A stretch of 64,000 nucleotides of DNA from Phoronis australis (lineage: Eukaryota > Animalia > Phoronida): NCBI GenBank assembly GCA_002633005.1, contig NMRA01000340.1, forward strand, positions 430,728-494,727, given 5' to 3'. The position numbers and the translations under genes are program-made. How positions within the stretch are numbered: position 1 is the stretch's first letter; each line of letters starts with the position of its first letter. This document shows positions 56,160 to 64,000 of this stretch, in pieces. Below the pieces are notes generated by a model. The model did no database searches, was not told the origin of the DNA, and saw only the letters and a list, made by a program, of their open reading frames with translations.

Positions 56160-59100
56160 AGTACTTAGGGATACCAGACAAAAGCCATTTAGCAATAAAA
56201 CAGTGTCATGGTGATTGAAATACTCCTTGCAGGGGAAAGTGTTGAATCCTTCTGTGGATTTGTGCCTTGGGATGATTCCAAGCATATTTTTTTAAAATAT
56301 TAATGTTGTCTTCATGCCTTCAAGTTGCCAGTGTTTTGTAGTTTGATGAAACAAACTATTCACTCAAAAATATGCAACATCTCGAACGTCCTAGAACGAA
56401 CAAAATTTTCATGTCCTCTGGCAGTCTTGCTCACCAGAATTCGAAATTGGTGTTAAGCCAAATATGCTTTTGTGCTGTCACCACCCTAAGGAGTTATACA
56501 CAGTATATAATATTTCCAATTGTCATAACAATGCACTGAACCTGCATAGCGTTGCCAAGCATTTGAGGCAAATACATAATTGTGCATTTGCTGGAGTAGC
56601 ACATCCATTAACAACGGATTGGGCTCCTGATGCAAAGTGTCATCATGTTTGTCCACTTGACGACATTAAAACTTTATGTTAATCATAATTTAATTATTGC
56701 TCATAGACAGATGAATGATGTTCTTGACAGCTTGTCCATTCTGAAGGCTTCCTTGGTCAATAGTTTATTGGATTATCAACAGGAAGTTGGTTTGCCTAGA
56801 GTGAAGTGTCAGTCTACAGGGCAATCTAACCCCCCCCCCTCGGTCTTTTATTTGCAATGGCATTGTTCTCAACTCGGTAAATGCCAATACCCAATTTCTG
56901 ATGTAAGACCAACGTTATGAAGTACACTTTCTGGCTAGATGGCGATACAGTAGTTGGCAAACAGAAATTTTGTACGAAGGTTTGATGCAGTGAGATTTCC
57001 TAGTATTTTTTCTGAAATTCTTTGTGACCCTCAAATTGCTACTGTAAGATAATGAGACGAGTAACAAGAAAATACCATTTCAATTATGCTTCGTCCCTGT
57101 CAGTTGGACCATCCTTGCGCTGCGAAATTACAAATTGAGTCGAGCAAAAGACGCTTTCGACTTCTCTCAGTGGTGTGGATGTGGATGGTTCTACATTTCA
57201 ATTTTTCATTTGTCCATTTCATAACTTGCTGTTTTAAGTTGTTTTATTGGGTAACAATCACTTTGAGAACCTTCATCGAATACAAGTCATCAAACTGGTT
57301 CTCAAAATCCGCGACCCCTGTAAATGACTATTGCCATTTCCGTATTCAGCCAAAGTCTACTGCCTCTCTCTCTTGTACGTGCCTAAGAAAAAATATCCAG
57401 CTTCAGGACTCTGAAATGAGCTTGGGTTAATGTTTCAGGTGTTTTTACAAGAAATTGTAACCTTGTCTTATAATATGAAGCCTTTTCAATTGAGATTTCA
57501 ATAGAGTGTGACAGTATTGGTTGCGTCTGACCAAGATATAATGTGGTTTTTGTTCAAGCCACCTGGTCTGTTAAGGTAGATCTATGGACTTTTGTTGGAG
57601 ATTCCTTCCTTGTAAATCTAGTAAAAAGGACTTATTGTTGCTGTCTGTTTCCTTTGGGGGGACATAATCAAGGCCTATATCATGTTCCTTGTTTTTTTTG
57701 TTCCTTGTGATTTTTAACAGTCAGGGACACATCCAGAAATTTTCAATACAGGCAAATGGAAGTTATGAAATGCCTTTAGTAGGACTCTAGAAAATATGCA
57801 AATTTGACTGATTTCTGAACACCATGTCTCAGAAATGGGTGATTGAATTGATATGAAATGTTGTGAAGTAAGCACTGTTCTCAAGTTTGCTGTTAAGAAT
57901 TGTTTAGTAAATGTTACACTCACTTTTTGCACGAGGGGCTAAAAATATAACTTATGGTTTCATGTAAAAACTGAAGGTGGATAAAACATCTTAGAAAATT
58001 GTGATTGTATTTTTGAGATTTTGTCTTGTTCATTCATATAAAAGGAAATTTGTTCACTTTGTTTTACTATCAAATTTACTTTTCTTTTTTGTAAAATTTT
58101 ACCTAAGACATGGTCATGTGGTAAAATTATTGATGGATTGGTTAAAAATCAACAGTCAAATTCTTCAGCCTTTCGGCCACTTTCAGGAAGTCTTTACTTT
58201 CTTTGAATTAAACTCTAGTTTTGTAGATGTTTGGCATATTGCATAGGTATGTCCATAAGGCCGTACATAACCATATAGCAACCGTTACCAATAAGCCCGC
58301 TTCAAACATTCTACAAATGAGGAGGTGGCACTTTCCATCTCTGCCATCTGTTCCACCATGTATAATACGCTCAACAGTCTGGTGTCCATTCAACACACCA
58401 AGTAAGGTTTCAGTCAGTTTTAGCCAAAAAAATCTGAAATTTTTTAGTTATTTTCAGGAAGCAGATGATCCTAATTAAATGTTTCATATAAGATACATTG
58501 TTGTGTTGCATGCTCTCTTGGGCAAACCCATCATGCAAGGGAGAAAATGTTTGCCTAAAGTTTAAAACAATTAATATGAAATAATTTGATGTTTGTAAGT
58601 ACATGAGAACATTTTCTAAACTTTCACTTAATTAATATCCCAATGTATCATTTTCTTTCAAAACATCGCAGGTGATCAGCTGCTCTGCTCAGCAGTGATC
58701 TATGAGTGCTAATATTTATTGAGGCTTTGTCTCTAGTTTTAAATGTCTTGTTTGTTTAGCTATTCTAGACTTATTTGTCTCCCAGTGTTACCATGAGATG
58801 GGCACTGCATTGACTCTCAGTATGGTACTTCATTTGTTCAGGAATGAGGCGCATGTATTGATTCTAACTGGTAGAGTCATCTATGTAATCAATACAAACG
58901 AGAATAGAAAAGATTTTAACCTTTGTTTGGATTCTTTAAGTTCTATTTTTCACCAGAGTCCAACTTTGGAGAGTGTATTGGCTACACTAGTGTCAATACA
59001 CATTCCCTCCACTTAATTATTCATGAAGTTGTGAAGAGAATCAATTATTTAGTGTTCCCTTACCATTGCATGGTATGACTGAGATCTGAGGAGTCGCTGC

Positions 59101-59550
59101 TGCTGCTACTGCTGCCTCAGTTGTGGGAGAGACGCAGTTACAGAGGTTGGACGTGTGCTACAATTAGGAGCTTGGCTGTTGCATTTATCTCACCTGAATA
59201 TAGGAGGTCTGGCGTACGCCTACAAAAGAACAGTAATCGAGGAACCCCATTGGATGTCCTGAAAGGTGTTAGCTCTGTTCACCACACTTGCACTTCACAG
59301 CTTGTGCCTATTTTTAACCTCAAGACTCAGCGAGCTATTTTATTGAACGTCTTTCAGTTGACTGAATCGGTTTGTGCCAAGGAATCTCGCTCTGTTATAG
59401 TTTAATGTTGTCAAAGAGTAATTACATTGCTTTGTTTTGATGCCGCCCACCGTCGCAGTTGGCAGGATATTAAACTGTTGAGGCGTCGTTTCCACTAGTA
59501 CGTTTCATGCACAGTTAGTTTGAGCTGCAGCAACTCGCAGCGTCGCAGAA

Positions 59551-59682
59551 ATGCCTGAGGAAGAACAACAACCCAAGGTCGGCCCCGACGGGGAACCCAT
59601 AGTAGTGGAGGAGATAGAATTAACCGAGGAACAAAAAGAGGCTCGTGCACTGCAACTACAGATAGATGAAGGAACTAACGAA
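59551..59682 (+). CDS. First coding exon of a gene continuing beyond the window (MPEEEQQPKVGPDGEPIVVEEIELTEEQKEARALQLQIDEGTNE); possibly SNAP-25/SNAP-23 family
   Basis: GAAATGC start, purine-rich coding-like composition, phase-0 donor GTAAGC. The ending LQLQIDEGTNE resembles the SNAP-25 first-exon end (LEELQ...ADE|SLESTRRM), but no SLESTRRM exon was found in the window. Confidence 0.55.
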
Positions 59683-62600
59683 GTAAGCAGTAGTGGCCAT
59701 GCTTGTCTCAGTTTTGACACCATTAACTCGTATTCGTCCTTAAACGGGTATTTGTTACCTGCCATTCTTCTGTAAGGTTCTCTACCGACAATTGATTTCT
59801 TTATACCAGTTTGAGTAAAAGGCTAACCGACATACTCATACATTAAATGCACCTTACCTGGTTGTTTAAGGCATGTAATTAGTGCGTGTAACTCCGCTTA
59901 ATTTCTGGGTAGTGTTAATGAGTAGTGTTTGGTATTGTGTTACAGATTTTCTGTCATCACATTTTTGTCCGGTACAAAACTTTATCAAAAATATTGTAAT
60001 GTTGCATGAAAGCTGACTTTCATTTCTGTTAAAATAATTTAAATTTGATTTAAATTGAACTATTGGAAATGCTTTAGGTAAGTTATAATATGTGCATTTA
60101 ATGTGCGCAGTTGGAATCTCTCAAATTCTAAAGTAACATTTATATCCACACTAGACATTAAAAATAGGTCTTTCACAAAAAAATTAATGCATATATTGAC
60201 TTGCTTACCCTTTGCAAGAATCCACAAACCCACAGAAATGCAATCTTGTTAAAGTGAGTTCTTGCTGTAGGAAATGAATTCAATGATTGCGAAATAGCTG
60301 CAAACATGTTCCTAACACACTAAATTTGTGCAGCAGTTGTAAAATGGGTATAAATTAGTCTGTTCTCACCACCAATGATAATTCAGCGATTGTGTGTGTG
60401 CATGTGTGAATGTCTCAGTCTTAGGAGGATATTGATCTATTGATCATGTGAACACAGTTCAACTTACAACTAGTTGTTACATGCGTACATTGTCCTCAAT
60501 AATTACTCTATAGTCCAGCTGACACTGGACAATCCGCCAACTGAAGAGTGGTCAAATGTCAACCTATTGTGTCCCCCCTCCCCCCTCGTTACTTATAGAG
60601 ATGTAGTTTTATTGGTAAAGGTAGAGGCAAACTTAATTCTGCTGTTCCCATGTATTTTGAAATTGCAGAAATATTTCGGAAAGAAATACCCTAGATTCAT
60701 TCCAAAAATGGTCGTGCCCCCAAAGGATTCATAAATACCAAAAAGGTTGCCCCTATTGGCAGACACAGACACTGACACTACACAATGCAGTACAACTCAG
60801 GCACCAGCACCAGAGGTTTTATGATACAGATAAGAATAGGAATTTTAGTAAAATCAACAAACTGGCCATAAATTATCCCCCCTTGCTGGGTATTAATGCA
60901 CAACATCCGTGTCCTAGTAAAAATTTGCTTGAAAAATACCCAGGATTTTTCTGCCAATTTTCTCATGGGGACGACACTTAATTATAAGTCACAGCTTTCA
61001 TGAACTGTTCAGTTTTACTGGAAATTGGTTGCAATAATTGAGTTCTGTTGAATAGTAATTCATTCGATTTATGAAAATGGTAATGAATAGTTAATCAGTT
61101 TCAGTCAGAGTGCTAGTAGTAGTTTCAGGGACTCTACATTTAGCATACAATGATTCTCCACATTTGCAGCTCACTCACCTCATTTCCCACGACTAAATAT
61201 TTGGAAAAACAGTATTTTGTCCCTCACTTATTTCACATGAGGCTCACTTGGTGCTAATAGTTAACCTCGCCAAATTCACACACCCTAAGTTTTGCACCTC
61301 AGAAATATGTCAAGGCAATGAATTAACAGACCATCCTACAAAATGTCCAATTTGGCCAACTTCAGAACATATCGTATAAATCGATGTGAGGGACTATCAA
61401 AATATAGGACATCATATGATTTTCTTGAAAAAAACTCAAAGGTTCCTTGGCACGATTAAGGTGATCATTTTAAAAAGTGTAACAGCATTTTTGAAATTTC
61501 ATATTGATCATTTATAATAAACAAAATTAGTATATGATATAGTGTAGTACAAATGTGTCTTTTTGTTAAATCTCTATGGTTACGTAACCCAGTTAATGAC
61601 AGGTGGACAAAAATCAAAAATAAAATTACGGTATGTAGGCTTACTGCTTTCAGAAATAATTTACTTTTTGGAGTTAAAAAGTATAGTGCTGATATTTGGC
61701 TAAGTGCGCAGGCTTGTCTATGAGGTCATACATAACCTGAAACTGACCTTGTGGTTTATTTATAGTTTCATGGTATTTGTTTTGCCCAACTGTTTCTACA
61801 TAATTGTTGCCTTTTTTTGGTTGTTTATTGGTTGGTAAAACCTTTCTAGGTCAGGGAGCACTGATTGTACCTTGCCAACAATGTATGACCTATGAGTCTG
61901 TGTTGGAGCCAGCCACCCATGTGCAACCAATAGCACCTGCCTCATTGTACTCGGACAATGAGTTTTTACCTGTTGAACATTTAACTTGGCTTTGTTTGGT
62001 TGCTAAGTTTATTGTAGGGACATTTTTGTCCACATGTATTTATACTGCACAGTAATGAAGTTTGTCTGAATTTTTTCGATATTTACGAATGGAAGCGAGA
62101 AATTATGTGCTGGAGCTGGTAATCGCAGAACAGAAGGTTAATGTTTAGATTCTCGTTGTTATTAGTTGTTTTGTTTGTGTGATTTTCTCTTTGTGTTTCC
62201 TACTGTTGGCCTGTTGACGAATGGGTATAGATAATTATGCGAGAATGCTGTATCAACAGTTAGAAGTGAGACATTCAACTGGCTGTTTTCACTTGCTTCC
62301 AATTTTGCCTATCAAAGCAACGGTGTTTAAGGTTTTATCCAGTGATCAATCACAACCCCTGTGGTACTCGGTATGTCTTTAACTTTGTTTTATATGGATT
62401 TACAATTACGTCGCTCACGGCTCAAAAGTCTGCAGAGTTTATGTAGTTCCATGTTATAGAGCGCTCTTTACTTCTAGAAGGTTTTGTTTTTTAAGATTTC
62501 CATTTGTTAAAGCAAATTACAAATGTAATTAGATTTGAAAGTCATGATTTTTTACTATATTTTGTTTATCATTAGATAAATCAGTTTTTCTATCCACCGA

Positions 62601-64000
62601 GAAGTTGTATTGTGAAAATGGATTTCGTTTCTGCATGAAATGTACCTCGTGCTGGATCCTGTTCACCATATCACTGTCTAACAAGTCATTTCAATTCGTA
62701 TTAGCCTGTCCCTGCGTTTATGATCTTTTTACTACAGTCATTTTGTTACACGCTTTGACCTCTGTGTCAGAGGTCCGAAATCTGCTCTTGGAAGGGTCTT
62801 CAATGAACTGGGATTCTGTTCATTAGTGTGTTTGTTTTGGTATGTGGGTTTGTGTCGACATCCCTGGCTTGTCGTCTTCTGTCTGGTGTATCGCCTTAGC
62901 CCCTGAATGGATGTTCGTAAATTTTTGCAGACATTGCGCAAATTTTCTTACGGATTCAACTACCACTGTGCCACCTCGGGGGCAATTTCAATTTTGTACA
63001 TTGGTCTGTGCATCATAATGCTCTGTGTTGCTCTTGTACTTTTTCAGTGAAACTGTAGCATTACGTGCACAGATTTAGTGAAAGTCAACCTAATGTAGCA
63101 TGTGAAGTTTCAGGCGTGCTAGTCGAAGTTTTGTAATTTAAAAGTGTTGGCAATACCCTTGAGTTTATTTCTCAGCCATGTATTGATCAATTTTTACTGA
63201 ATCACACACACGCAAAGGAAGTTCACATCCATGCCCGAGTTTAACTTTTGATAACTTAGATTGTTTAGACAAAGTGACACTATTAGTGAATATTTTGTTT
63301 TTGCCAAACTTGAAAGATGAATACAAAAACTGTATACCAATGAGTATGTTCTTGCAGTTAAAGATGTTATCTTTAACGTTGTCGGGATGGTAGTTTTCTA
63401 ATTTTCGGCAGGTAAAAATCTGGTGACATAACAGATAACTTGGTAACTTGCAAACAATATGTTGTAAACAACTCTTGTCACTTGAGCAGACCAGAACTCA
63501 AATTACTAATCAGATTTTTTGTCCTCAATATGCTCGAGCTGACGTATGCTCCTCCCCCCAAAAAATGGATTTGAAAAGCATCTGCAGCGCTATTGATGAA
63601 ATGTGGGAATTGTTTATGAATGACTTGAACAAGACCGACAAGACTGGGATCGAAAGTTTTTGAGAGCAGTGACAGTTTTTTTTGAAAAAGCTGTAACAAA
63701 TTGTTGAAAAATGCCAGAATGTTCTTTATCAAACAGCAAATGACTCGGAAATAGTTTGTTTATATTTTGACAAGTTTTAAGTCATTTCTAATATTCTGTA
63801 TAATAACATTAAACACAAATCATTTCAAGGAGGAACATATCAACCTGATTAGCCTTTCAACCTCCCTTAAAAGTGCTCATCAATGGTTTAGGACTCACTA
63901 GTAGCTTGTGGTGTGTTTCTTGTCCAGTAACTGTTATCTAAGATCCCAGACTGGGGTAGAGCTGTTTGTTCTGTAGAATATGCTCTTGTTCACCAAAAGC

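Overview
AT-rich, intron-containing animal genomic DNA (an invertebrate by inference; not prokaryotic, no CRISPR array). Manual exon-by-exon reconstruction gives three complete genes with consistent GT-AG sites and codon phases: MED17 (minus strand, 13 coding exons, 25340->8695, 617 aa), PCNX4/pecanex-like 4 (plus strand, 9 coding exons, 27508->37215, 1261 aa) and BROX (minus strand, 8 coding exons, 54052->43712, 419 aa, C-terminal CaaX CVVS). The first coding exon of a fourth gene starts at 59551 (+, possibly SNAP-25/23 family). The most unusual signal is that three different MED17 exons (3, 6 and 9) are each preceded by a tandem array of degenerate copies of their own 3' splice site plus exon start, and many copies keep the AG. 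The window also holds several Penelope-type minimal hammerhead ribozyme motifs (one with an intact core just downstream of the MED17 poly(A) signal, one degenerate and attached to a tRNA-like SINE head), a 104-bp loopless palindrome with an 8-bp target-site duplication in the BROX promoter, several MITE/foldback elements and minisatellites, and three duplications starting at single-N joins, at least two of which are probably assembly artefacts. All homology calls come from remembered protein sequences, not from database searches.
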